Shown: piece by piece, positions 44,499-55,609 of the stretch
Position numbering within the stretch: the stretch's first letter is position 1
How the letters are laid out: each line of letters opens with the position of its first letter
NCBI GenBank assembly: GCA_977018835.1
Contig: OZ361259.1
Span: 2,046,001-2,110,000, forward strand
Reading direction: 5' to 3'
Source of the DNA: Minutocellus sp. GHC0000111
Lineage: Eukaryota
Length of the DNA stretch: 64,000 nucleotides
Notes under the pieces: model-generated
Seen by the model: only the letters and a program-made list of their open reading frames with translations
What the model was told of the DNA's origin: nothing
Database searches by the model: none
Made by a program: the position numbers and the translations under genes

Positions 44499-47456
44499 CT
44501 ATTTATTAGAAGGATGACGAGCTGAGGGCTCCATCCCCTTGGCCGTTTCGTTGAAGTCGATCCTAATTCCAGTGTGCAAGTTTTCGTCACCCAACCTTCC
44601 AACAAACTCATTGCTACCACCGGCCTTAATCACCAGGCCCATTATCCTCCAGTACTGAATGAAGGCCGAAGCAATTTTGCAGTTAGGCATGCTATCGTAA
44701 ACGTCCTCGGCAGTGTCCCAGATCTGGTCTGTGGAAATGACGGAGGTGCCTACCATTTTTCGTGCCCATTCCGAGTGCCGCCGGCTCATCGCGGGGAACA
44801 CGCTCAAGTCAAGGACGTTGGCGTGAGAGGCATCTGCGGTGCCTGTGGCTGCCACGTCCAGCCTTGCTCAGCACAGAAGTTAGTAACAAATTGCGTGAAG
44901 GTTCCGTCCTCGTGAGGCCCGGCCTGGTCGCCCTGGATAATAACATGGCAATCTTCGTATTGTTTGCCCGGACCGACAAGGTTGAGAATCGCTGGGAAAA
45001 TAGTCTCCTTGAACACGAGGAGCAAAGAGCATTTCGGATCCTTTTTGGTGCCTTCGTTCGATCCAGTAACGCAACAATCAACAAGAAACGACTCTCCTTT
45101 CCGGCGAAGAGGTTCCTTTGGTGTCCCATCGGGGTTGGTATTTGGGCACCGCATTGAACCATCAGGCTGTGTTACTGCTGCTTCGTGCTGAGCTCGCTCC
45201 GCTATTTTAGGAGCTTGAGCTCGTACCAGTGGCAGTTTTACAATCTCGCACCCATTCTCAAGAGAACCGTCAAAGACAGCGGCAACAAATGCAATGGCCA
45301 TGACCTTGTTGATGTGGCTCCTGTGAAAGGCCGCGTAATCTCGCTTTTTCACGCCGATTTCCTCGCAAGCCTTCGCAAAAGCTCGGAGGACGAGACCCCA
45401 GAACCATTTCTCATCGTAATGCACGAGGAGAACTCGCTTCTTTCCATTCGGTAAATTGCCGTTCTCATCCCGAATGTTCCAGAAATTCCGCACGAGCTGA
45501 GCAAAGGCCAGATGCTGTTAGGGTTAGCTTTTTGAGCCTCCGACAGGCGCGGTGCCAGCCGCTCCTTGTAGAAAGTGAAGGTGTCGAATGACTTTTGAGC
45601 CACCGCTCAATCGTCTTGTGCGAGCACCACAGACCAATGTCCTGCTCCAAACCACGGAACGATCGCTGAGGATTGCTGGAAAGGGCCGCAACAATGTCGT
45701 TCTGTGTGTGCGGCTGCCTTGCCAAGAAGTGCTCCCGCCTCTTCAGCTCCCACAGCTGCTTGTCATCGTCGCTGATGGTGTCGCACTCGGTCAGGTACGT
45801 TTTGAGCAACTCATTGTCAGCCTCCTTCGATGCAGAATCATAGCAGTCTTCCTTTGCCTCTCTGCACTTATTGATTGCATGCAGGCGCTTAGCAGTAAAG
45901 TACTGCTCAGCCGTCTTGTAATCGTCAATGGTAGACTTTGGCCGAACCGACGAATCCTTGGGAGCGGGGGTGACAAATGCAAGCTCGGCCTGATCTGCTG
46001 GCATGCCCCGGGCAATGGCATTCTTCCGAGACTCGTTCTGGATGTCTCGCAGCCCATTCTTACCCTTCCCCCACGCTCTGCAGAGCTCACGAACAGTGAC
46101 CCTCCCATCCGACTGAAACTTCTGCGATGAACTGTTCCCACTTGAGTGCTGCGTCCCTCCGGTGCTCTTCAAATGCACTTCCAGAAGCAATCCCTGGGCA
46201 AAAAGCATGCTCTTCTCCTCGTCGTTCAATCCCTTCTTGCCTTTGGTTGCTCGATTCGCCTCCTTTCCAAGACATCCATCCTTCTTCCTGTGTCGCATGC
46301 CATGCAAAAGCTTTCCGACAAGAGTCTCCATCGGACTGCCATCGCTCTTTGCACGCTTGTTGGCACCGGCGCTGTCAACACCATCCATCCCCGCCTGAGC
46401 AGCTGCTGTCCGTTTGCGCCTGTCCTTGGCAATTGAATCGGTGTTGAGGCCGAGTGGGATCGGGGTGATGACCTTGAGAGGCACATTCTTGTTGTGCATC
46501 ATGCCACCAAAAGGCTTCTCATGCTGGACATCGCAAAGAGCACCTCCACCGACACCTCGACTGACCACAACAAATCCCTTGCCCTCAGGCCGATTCATGT
46601 TGGGACTGAAGTCGGCAGACACAAGGACATGTTCCCCAGTGCTGATGATGTCAGGTCGCATGTTGTCTTCCATTCTCTCATTGCTTTCTTGCGTTCGGGT
46701 GGTGCATCCGTCGGCATCCTGTGCGACCGAAGATGTTCACGCATTTGCACCCTCTGCTCCAAATGACGCATCGCCTCCTTCATTTTGTTCCTTTTCTTCT
46801 CGGCATCGGCCATGGCCTTTTCATCCTTCCGCTTTTCTCGTTTCAAGGCATCCCTTAGCCCTTTCAAAGCCTCCTCTGCAGCTTTGTGTTGCGCTTCGGC
46901 CTCAACCAGCAGCACATCCAAATTCTCCTCGGTCGATCCACCAGAGTTGGCGGTGCCGGTGGCAGAAACACCGACACTGGCAGGATTGCCAGATTCTTCA
47001 CTGTTGCCGCTTCCATCCACCACCATGGACTCTCGGCGATGCCCCCAGCTTCGACATCATCATCACCAGGACGAGCAGCGATGCCAGCATTGTCCTCGAC
47101 CGTCGGCTCAGGGCTGGCATCGGCGTCATTGGATGACGAATTGCGCCGAGCAATTTGAATTTGAGAAATCGGCACATCTTGTGCCGGATCAGGACCGGTC
47201 TGGATCGGACAGCACAGCTCCTCCTCTCGGGCTTGCTCCACAACATCCTGCTGTTTCTGAAGTGAGAGGCTCGCCCATGCCCGGTTCGCTATGGTCTGGA
47301 TCATCCCAGGAGACTTGCCACGAATCGTAGAGGCATCGATGGTGCCGCTCCGATGGTGGACAAAACAATCAAAGCATGGGATGGAGCTGCCGGACCGACG
47401 GGGGAGCGGCGACATGCTGGCGCATCAGCTGCGGTGGCAGCAGCAGCAACAGCCAT
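44499..47456 (-). pseudogene. Mariner-like DD(38-39)D transposase with long N-terminal extension and ~6 frameshifts
   Basis: VHYDEKWFWG, IIQGDQAGPH, QAPQMP(H)ANVLDLSVFP match the DEKWF / QDNAxPH / QPPNSPDLNxLD motifs. Consecutive ORF pieces join after small indel corrections at ~47310, 47030, 46677, 45593, 45520 and 44827. Confidence 0.85.
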
Positions 47457-48188
47457 TTGCATTAATATGGTGTTGGATGCAGTATTTTGTGGCAGCAGAG
47501 CAACAGTTTGTATGTCGGGTGGGTTGGAAATGAGGAAGGTTTCATTGAGAGTGGCGGGCGCGCCGGGCGGGTGATGATTTTTTTGGCCCGCTCGACTTTG
47601 GCGCGGGGTCACCCGGACCGCACAAGACACGCCATTATGGGGACCATGGAGACCGACATCGGAGCTCAAACCATATGGCTTCTTGAATCAATGCATTTGG
47701 GAGGTGGTGGTGGGGTCGGGAGGTGGAGGAGGTGACCGGTTGTCATCGGAAAAGCTGGCAGAAGTCGGGGGAGGGGCGATGGATGGGGTGAATCGGCCAG
47801 ACGCTGGCATGGGAAGATGAAATCGATATCTCCGAGTCGGTCCAAGGTCAAGGACCAACCCGTTCTGGAGACACCACGCTTATCCCTTGCGTGAAGCGGA
47901 TGCCGTCGGCACTGCCGTCACCGCCATCTTGAAGACAGGATTACAGCAAACACAAATGCTGCAAGCTGCGTGCGTTTGTGCTGATTTTTATGAGATTTTG
48001 CCCAAAGACCCGAAAACCGGGTCCCTGAAACTGCTGTCCGCGACCTCGTAAGCGACGACGTCGTCGCGTCGTCGCGTGGCGTGGTGCGTGGCGCGTGGCG
48101 GGGTGCCATGTGCCATGGTCGAATGGTCGGTCGGAGCGTCAGCCTCGCCTCCGCTCCAGTCAGCCTCATTTTTTTTCCTTTTCTCACC

Positions 48189-49371
48189 ATGGCCAGTAGC
48201 ATCGCCAGCGCCGTTCCCTCTGTGGGACGCAGCGCAGCGGCCAGCGCCGCAACGCAGTCCATGGCAGAACTCGGAATAGCGAGCATCATTGGGGCTGGTT
48301 GTGTGGAAAGAGAGTTTCTGACGCCTACAACCATCAAGGCACTGAGCAAGGCGACATTCTCCATCTTGCTTCCCATGTTCCTTGGGACGTCCATAATTCA
48401 GTCTGTGACCAAGTATGGTCTGAAACGGAGCTCTCTGTCCGTGCCACTATTGGCAATTGTCCAATCGACGTGCCTATTCTTGGCTTCCAAGCTTATCTTA
48501 TTGCCCTTGGCTGGAATCGACGCTGACAGCGACGATGGACGTGCCACCACGGTATGCTGCTCGTTTGGCAACTCTGGTGTCGTTCCTCTCATCTTTTGCG
48601 AATCATTGTTCAGACAATCGGCGAATTCCGACTATGTTGCCCAAAGCACGGCTTTTGTTTCTCTGTTTTTGATTGGATTGTCCCCGTATTTCTGGTCCTT
48701 TGGTAGGTCAGTACTGATACCTGATAGAAGTGGTGCCTCTGAGAAAAAGAGCGGAACAGACAAGCTTGTAGATCTGGCAAAGCAGGCCCTGCCTCCACCG
48801 GTGGTTGGCGTTTTCGTTGGTCTATTCATTGCCACTACGCCGCTTTGCAGGCTCTTCTTGAGCCCTCCCAACAGTGATTCAAAAGCTCCTCTATCCATTA
48901 TATTCAACTCCATTGCAAACTTTGGAAGGGCAGCTTCGCCACTTATTAGTGTCGTCGCTTGCGGTTGGTGCTGGGATTGGAAATCATATTACCAACGACG
49001 ATTCATCAAAGAAGGTTGCAGGAAGAGGAGACGAGAGTGATGGTACAGCCGAGACAAAGTTATTGACAAAATGGGCTGTTGTATCAATAACGAGATTCTT
49101 ATTTTCGCCAGCACTTATGTATGGTTTGCTTCATCTGGCAGAACGATTGGGAGCAATCGGCGGTGTCGATGACAACCCGATGTTATGGTTTGTTCTCATT
49201 TTGGAAGCGACAATGCCGCCCGCCCAAAATTCAGTAACGATGCTCCAGGTAGCCGACAGAGGGGACGATGCAGCGTCCTTGGCAATGTTTCTATTCTCGG
49301 TTTACTTGACTTCCATGATACCTGTGGTGATAGTCCTAACATTCGCGCTGCAAAAGTTTAAATTAGCATAA
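48189..49371 (+). CDS. PILS/auxin-efflux-carrier (Mem_trans) family transporter, copy 1; frameshift ~48940-48950
   Basis: ALSKATFSILLPMFL, CSFGNSGVVPLIFCESL, PPVVGVFVGL, MLWFVLILEATMPPAQN. Confidence 0.8.
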
Positions 49372-49403
49372 TGTGATCTGATCTGATTTGATCTACTGTA
49401 CTC

Positions 49404-50582
49404 TTACTGCAGTTCCGCTAAACCAAAACGAGACAGCGCCATTGTCAGAATAGCAATGATTGGAACCATTGAGGTGGAATAAATGGCAAATAGGAACTTG
49501 GCCATCTGTCCAGCTTTTTCTGCTTTATCTGCCACGTTCAACATTAGCACAAGGTTTTGTGCTGGAGGCATCGTCGACTGCAGTACCATTACAAACCAAA
49601 GCATTGGGTTCACTGAAGAAGATTCAACTACATCCCATTTGTTCGCAAGCCGAAGCAACCCCAACATGACAAGGGGCGAAAGTATAAATCTCGACAGTGA
49701 AACGAATAGCCACTGAACGAAGAATCCAACACCGGACGTATCTTCTTCTCTCTTTGAAATCTTCCCTCGCCCGATCCCTGCTCCGATAGCGAGCGAAGAC
49801 GTCATGACGAGCAAAGAGGTTGGGCTTGCAGCTCTGCCCAAATTGACCACAGTATTGTATGCTGGCGAAAGGAGAGGTTTTCTCCCCGATGAAGAAGCAT
49901 CTGCAACAAATAATTTGCATAATGGTGTCACTGCTACTAGCATTCCCACTAATACGCCAACTACAGGAGGCGAAGCCACGCTCTTGAGTTGTCCAAGGAT
50001 TCACTTGTTTGTATCGACGCCATCATTGGCAGAATCTATTTCGTCTCCCAGCAATGCAGACCTTCCGAAGCTCCAGAAAAATGGACTCCAACCCAAGAGA
50101 AAGAGACTTATCTGGGCATAACTCTTGGCCAGCGCATCAGTAGTTGCCGAACGAAACAGAGACTCTACGAATATGAGAGGCACGACGCTCGTATTGCCCC
50201 ACGCACTGCAAACGCCAAGACACCGTCCATCCTCACTGTCAGCATCTACCCCAAATATTGGCAACAGGAGCCGTGCAATCTGAAGCAAGATGAATGGTTG
50301 TATGATTCCCAACAATGGTACCACAAAAGAACTTTTCGATATTCCATAAGTAGCAACGGTTCGGATTATAGACGTCCCAAGGAACATGGGAAGCAAGATG
50401 GAGAATGTCACCTTGCTCAAAGCTGATATGGTTGCTGGTTCAAGATGCCCTTGCTGCACACATCCCGCCCCGATCAGAGAGGCCACGCCAAGCTCTCCCA
50501 TTGACCTTGCAGCTGCCGAGAAGGCACCGCTGGTCGAAGCAGAAGCGAGGCCGCTGATGCCATTTGCAAGCGAGGGCGTCAT
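49404..50582 (-). CDS. PILS/auxin-efflux-carrier family transporter, copy 2; in-frame TGA at 50003-50001
   Basis: ALSKVTFSILLPMFLG, SAWGNTSVVPLIFVESL, MLWFVMVLQSTMPPAQN; the two ORF pieces are in the same frame. Confidence 0.8.
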
Positions 50583-50873
50583 GGCAGTGAAATGTCTGTG
50601 GCCTGCCGGTAAGCTACGCTACGTAGCTCTCGGCTGACTCTCGGCATCGGCGGGGCGTCAACTGGCGTTGGCGCCATGGCGGTTCAACTCGTCATGGCTC
50701 TTCGGTCTGTCCGAAATGGACGGCTCTGACGAAGATGCGACCAAGCATGCCGAAGTTTGCGAGCACAACCCTCATTTTCACGCTTGTCTTTCAGTTTCTA
50801 CGTAGTTTTTCGTTCGCTTGGCAGCATGCCGAGTGAGTCGCGCCATTGCTTTCGCGTTCCTTGGGCTTGCAAT

Positions 50874-52247
50874 ATGCGCTGTCTATTCCTTGCCGCTGGT
50901 CTCTCCTCGGCATTGGCATTCGTGCCAAACGAGCAACAAGCATTTCCTCCCCTGAAATCTACATTGCTTTTGGCCACCGATGAAAGCACTGGTAATGACG
51001 AGGATGCCTCATTCGAATTGCCAGCCGAAACTCGAGAGTTGATTGACCAGATGATGGAGAGAGGGAGTAAGAATGGTGCCTTGCCTAGTTCTCTTCCATC
51101 CGCATCGAACCCATTTGCACCAAGGTTGGAAAGTGCCAGAAAGAGTCTGTACAGTGATGATGAATTGATCAACGTGCTTTCGTTGCACGAGCAGCTGAGC
51201 GATGAGACCATCGACATGCCCGAAAGCAGCATCGACGAGGAGGATATTCCATCTCTTCATGAGCTGGTAACAAACGCAATCGGAGAGTCCCCATCTCTTC
51301 CGGTTGGGCTGTCAAACGCCAATGGTTTGACAACTGTTGGATTCGACCTCGATGAGGAAGATAGAGCGCGTATACGTAAAATCAGGGCCATTGCCAGTGA
51401 TGTCGATGGGACTTTGCTCAGCTCTCGACAGACGTTGCATCCAAGGACGCGAATGGCGGTAAAGCGCGCATTGCAGCTAGCAAAGGAAGATGAGAGCTTC
51501 CATTTCTTCCCAGCGACGGGAAAGACACGAAAAGGTGCACTAGATTCACTTGGAATTGAGATTGGAACACTTATTGCAACTGAGAACGTGCCCGGCGTTT
51601 ACATTCAGGGATTATACTGTGTCGATGGGCAAGGGAATGTTCTGTTCGAAAGGAAATTGACACCAGAGGCGACGGGTGCCGCCGAGAAACTAGCAAAGGA
51701 AAGTGGAATCTCCATTGTGGCATATGATGGCGATTACCTCTACTCAACTGAAATAACCGACATCGTTCGTCATTTACACGAACACTACGGAGAGCCAATG
51801 GCAACCCTTCTACCTGGTTCTTCTGAAGGGAATGCTCGGGACCTGAGCACTCATGAACCTTTGATGCACAAATTGCTACTGATGGATGACGACGTTGAAC
51901 TTCTGGCCAAGACTGTGCGCCCGAAACTTGAAGCACTCGCCGAGGAGTACGATGCATGCGTCACCATGGCGTTACCGACGATGCTGGAATGGCTGCCGAA
52001 AGGATGCTCAAAGGCGCTTGGAGTTTCCAAAGTCTGCGAGGCTCTATCAATCGACATGGAAACGGAACTCCTTGCTCTCGGAGATGCCGAAAATGACGCA
52101 GAGATGCTGCAACAATCTGCAATCGGCGTGGCCATGGGCAACGGCTGCCCAGCAGCAAAGGCCGCAGCAGATTATGTCCTAGAAGACAAAAATGACGATG
52201 GAGGCGCCGGAACGGCGATAGAAATATTTGGCTTTGCAGGCCGCTAG
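50874..52247 (+). CDS. Cof-type HAD-IIB hydrolase, plastid-targeted
   Basis: ASDVDGTLL, PATGK, SKALGV, LALGDAENDAEML..GVAMGNG; signal peptide plus ALA-FVP. Confidence 0.9.
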   Translation: MRCLFLAAGLSSALAFVPNEQQAFPPLKSTLLLATDESTGNDEDASFELPAETRELIDQMMERGSKNGALPSSLPSASNPFAPRLESARKSLYSDDELINVLSLHEQLSDETIDMPESSIDEEDIPSLHELVTNAIGESPSLPVGLSNANGLTTVGFDLDEEDRARIRKIRAIASDVDGTLLSSRQTLHPRTRMAVKRALQLAKEDESFHFFPATGKTRKGALDSLGIEIGTLIATENVPGVYIQGLYCVDGQGNVLFERKLTPEATGAAEKLAKESGISIVAYDGDYLYSTEITDIVRHLHEHYGEPMATLLPGSSEGNARDLSTHEPLMHKLLLMDDDVELLAKTVRPKLEALAEEYDACVTMALPTMLEWLPKGCSKALGVSKVCEALSIDMETELLALGDAENDAEMLQQSAIGVAMGNGCPAAKAAADYVLEDKNDDGGAGTAIEIFGFAGR

Positions 52248-52493
52248 CTTAGGTTAAGATTAGTAAACGTCAAAGTTAAGCTGAAAGTTACACGTCTTTT
52301 CCCTCTAATCAATGCCTACTTCTCCATAGGGACCTGAGTTCATATCGTGAAGCAACAAATAGATTTGATTTGTTTAGTCAGTTATCTGCAAAATGAACGA
52401 GTCATGTCTGGTCCTTCCATGGTATTCGCGGTGCTCCAGCCAAAGCAATGATTCTTCGGCCTTTCAACCGTTCATTGAAGCCACATCCAACAC

Positions 52494-53813
52494 TTACTTT
52501 GACTCTTGTTCCTGCTTTTCCATTTCCTCGAGTTGCACCACGACATCCGATAGGGCGCTCTGTAGCTGACGAATCGTCTCGGCCGAGTTTTTGTTGTATT
52601 TGTAGAGACCATAGAATAAATCGAAGGAATCAGCCATTGTGTTTCCAATAAGTTTCAGTACAGACTCAAAACCCTTGGTGTCAATCGGGGTCTTGCTAAG
52701 TCCCTGCGAGCCCAGGATACGACCCATAAGGTGGGTGATAAATTGTGAATTGGCCGCGTATTCATCATGATCAGCGCACGATAGAGGGACCATGCGGCAA
52801 CCCTCCTCTTCCCAGATGGAAAGGAATCGCTCCATTCGATCCATACCCTCAACATGAGCCTCTGAGTTCTCGTGAACGTCGTGAACGGCCCCAGATCCCA
52901 ACTCAACGAAGGAACCATCGGCCTCGGAATCTGAATCACCCATATCAGTGAAATGATGGAAGGAAGTTTCATGCGACGGGTCGAGGAGGACGTTGTCGAT
53001 GCGAGTTCGCTCGTAGACGAATGTAAGTCCATGCCACCCATTCTTTCCCGAATCAGGTCCAAACATGGGGTGGGTGCACAAAATATCGCACTCTGATGGA
53101 AGCATTTCCAACAGGATCTGACGAGGATGCTCCTTGACAGAGAGTACGTCTACCACCAGAGGTCCCCGAAGCAAACCTCCCTGGTCGGCCTTCTTATCAA
53201 GGTACTTTTGGATTTGGGGCGCTAGCTTCTGAACAGTGCTGTCGAAGCTCAAGCTAGAAACTGCCAGAACGATCACGTCCAACCCTTCATCGAGGAAAGC
53301 CTCTGGATCACTCAGCGGCACGTAGGTAACGCCCATGCCATTGGCGATGTCGGTGTAGTCCGATCGGGACGTAACGACGACTCTCCCATGTTTGGCAAAG
53401 GTACGTGCGATGAACTGACCGAACCGACCGAAGCCAACGACGCCAATGGTCAGAGGACGCGATCGGAGGGCCGACAGCTTCTCCCTCCGGAGGGCCGCCA
53501 GTTGCCGGGCCAACTTGGCCTCCTGCTTCTTCAGCTCTTCGAGCCGGCCAATCTCGCTCGCTGATCGTCCCCTTCCTGACATGGCGTTGAGACTTGTGCT
53601 GGTTTCACCTGCTGCAGATGCAGAGGAGGCCTCCTTGCACGCCTGCTGCTGTTGATGCTCGTGGGTGGTGCTGCCGCTATGACTTTGACTGCCTCCAGCC
53701 TTGGAAATATTCTGAGCTGCGCCTGCCGCGGTAGCAAAAGAGAATGTAGCGTGTATTTGCAGCGTCAACAACAGTAGCGATAGGTAGGTCAGCCTCCTTC
53801 GTTGCCTGATCAT
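52494..53813 (-). CDS. tyrA: TyrA-family arogenate/prephenate dehydrogenase (plant ADH-like), likely plastid-targeted
   Basis: IGVVGFGRFGQFIA, VDVLSVKEHP, THPMFGPDSG, HDEYAANSQFITHLMGRIL, TPIDTKGF, DSFDLFYGLY. Confidence 0.92.
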   Translation of the reverse strand: MIRQRRRLTYLSLLLLTLQIHATFSFATAAGAAQNISKAGGSQSHSGSTTHEHQQQQACKEASSASAAGETSTSLNAMSGRGRSASEIGRLEELKKQEAKLARQLAALRREKLSALRSRPLTIGVVGFGRFGQFIARTFAKHGRVVVTSRSDYTDIANGMGVTYVPLSDPEAFLDEGLDVIVLAVSSLSFDSTVQKLAPQIQKYLDKKADQGGLLRGPLVVDVLSVKEHPRQILLEMLPSECDILCTHPMFGPDSGKNGWHGLTFVYERTRIDNVLLDPSHETSFHHFTDMGDSDSEADGSFVELGSGAVHDVHENSEAHVEGMDRMERFLSIWEEEGCRMVPLSCADHDEYAANSQFITHLMGRILGSQGLSKTPIDTKGFESVLKLIGNTMADSFDLFYGLYKYNKNSAETIRQLQSALSDVVVQLEEMEKQEQESK

Positions 53814-54463
53814 TGCTCAGTAGCTCACTTGGCTCCCGGCTTCAACATTCAGCTTTGACTGACAGCTTCGCACTTTGCAGAGCGAGCGGCCCGCTTTGCA
53901 TAACGTTCCACAAATCTCCGAGTTTTACACCTAATTTATTGGGAATTTAGCTCTTTTTTTTCAATTTCTGACCTAATTGATTCTGTGGCGCTCGTCCGGT
54001 GCATTGGCCGGGGTTGTGTGCAGAATCCCTGCAACTGTTGTATCAGCTCCGTCTCTCATATTCTATTGTAGCTCTCTGTATCAGGAAAGAATTGGGAGAC
54101 ACATCCCGCATGCGTTATTTCCCCCCATCCTAGTCTTTCGTTTCGGGCTCTTTGGTGTCAGTGGCCGCGTTGTCGTGCGTTGAGCCGGCAGTGTCTGGCT
54201 TTCTTGCATGTCGCTCCAGCGTGCCTGGCCTTCCTCTTCCGTAATGGTCTTCCTGCTCCTTCTTTGAGAATGGCTCCGAAACGGGCCGCCGCAAGAGAAG
54301 CTTCTCTGCTGCTGTCAAAAATGTCGTCCCAAGAAGATTCTGGCTCATCCACACAGGTGCCACTGCTTGGAAAGTTCTTGCGTCCTTTTCTTTCTCCAAG
54401 TCCCGCTAGTGCCAAAGCTGCCGCAGACTAGGATGCAGCGGATGTACTTCATCCAACGTTGCT

Positions 54464-55609
54464 TCAGATTGGATGAGAGGCAAAGTTTCCCATCGTAGAC
54501 AATGAAGCATTGTGGACAAACTCCACCACCACCGAATGCTTTGCATCGTACAATCGGAAGACATGACGGTTGTGACCTGCCAGGCGCCCAACGTCGCACG
54601 CGTGAGGTGTTTCGCTCTGTTTGAGTTGCTCACATGAGGGAACGAAGCGGTGTTCATGCCATATATCCAACGGGAAGAAGGGCAATCGAGGAGATGACGT
54701 GGAAGCGGAAGCACAATATCGCACATGATAATTCAGCGAGGCGACAGTGGATGCAGCGCCAAGGTCCCATCGATTACCAGATGCGAGATCAAAAAATGAC
54801 GGGACCGTTCCGTTGGCTGGACGTAAGCAAAGGTTCTCGACAACGGGTGGTTGGAGATTACCCCCCAACTGGCAGGAATGGCAATTGCCGTGAAGAACGG
54901 GAACGGGTGACGGCCAGTACAAGACGGAGGCAGCAGCAGCATCGGCAGCATCAGCGACAATATTAGCTGGCGCTGCTGCTGCAGCAGAACTATGGGAAGG
55001 CGCATGAGCACTGTTGTCGCCTTGTGGAGTTCGATTGTTGAGAAACTGAAGGAAGGATGCCGGATGACCAAATGATCCAAGAGAAGGGTTTGTTGAAATC
55101 TCTGATACCAACTTCCATGCCAATATCTTATGCCGGACGGACGGATGGAGTTCCTCATCATCCAATCCATTCACAATGTGGTGACGGCGAAGGAAATCGT
55201 TGACCAATTCGTCAGACCAAGATCCATTCGCAAGAAAGGTGCACATGGCCAATGGAAGTTTTGGGAGGACCGGGGAACGATAGCAAAGCCCCCAGTGATT
55301 GGTGAGGGTGTCCTTGCTGACAATTGCAGTCTCGGGCCCATCTTTTGTTTCCAACGACAAGAGATATGAGTCATCGGAAGAAGACAAACATTTGCTAATG
55401 GATGCCTGCTTCCAATCAAGATTGTGACATGGATCGGCGCCCGTGGAGAAATCAAAAGATGAAATAGGTTCTAGGGACCTAATAGAAATGACAATCGATT
55501 TCGATCCACCCACAAGCTTAAAAATGTCGTCCAGCGTGACCTCCGAGGAACGGGAGAAGCCAACTACCTTTAGAGGATGGACCCGAGGAAAAGGCACCTC
55601 CGACGACAT
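54464..55609 (-). CDS. Orphan ORF inside the TIR element
   Basis: ~380-aa open frame starting MSSEVPFP; no motif recognised. Confidence 0.5.
   Translation of the reverse strand: MSSEVPFPRVHPLKVVGFSRSSEVTLDDIFKLVGGSKSIVISIRSLEPISSFDFSTGADPCHNLDWKQASISKCLSSSDDSYLLSLETKDGPETAIVSKDTLTNHWGLCYRSPVLPKLPLAMCTFLANGSWSDELVNDFLRRHHIVNGLDDEELHPSVRHKILAWKLVSEISTNPSLGSFGHPASFLQFLNNRTPQGDNSAHAPSHSSAAAAAPANIVADAADAAAASVLYWPSPVPVLHGNCHSCQLGGNLQPPVVENLCLRPANGTVPSFFDLASGNRWDLGAASTVASLNYHVRYCASASTSSPRLPFFPLDIWHEHRFVPSCEQLKQSETPHACDVGRLAGHNRHVFRLYDAKHSVVVEFVHNASLSTMGNFASHPI

Larger units (their letters stand above)
43067..48048. mobile_element. ~5-kb Tc1/mariner-superfamily DNA transposon
   Basis: TA TSDs (43065-66, 48049-50); ~48-bp imperfect TIRs CGAGGTC..GGGACCCGGTTTT..GGGTCTTTGG (43067-43114 / 48002-48048); contains a DDD transposase. 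Confidence 0.9.

Noticed and set aside
50001..50003. TGA as selenocysteine or programmed readthrough
   Set aside because: Lies in a variable loop of a transporter with no redox motif and no evident SECIS; nonsense mutation or error is simpler.
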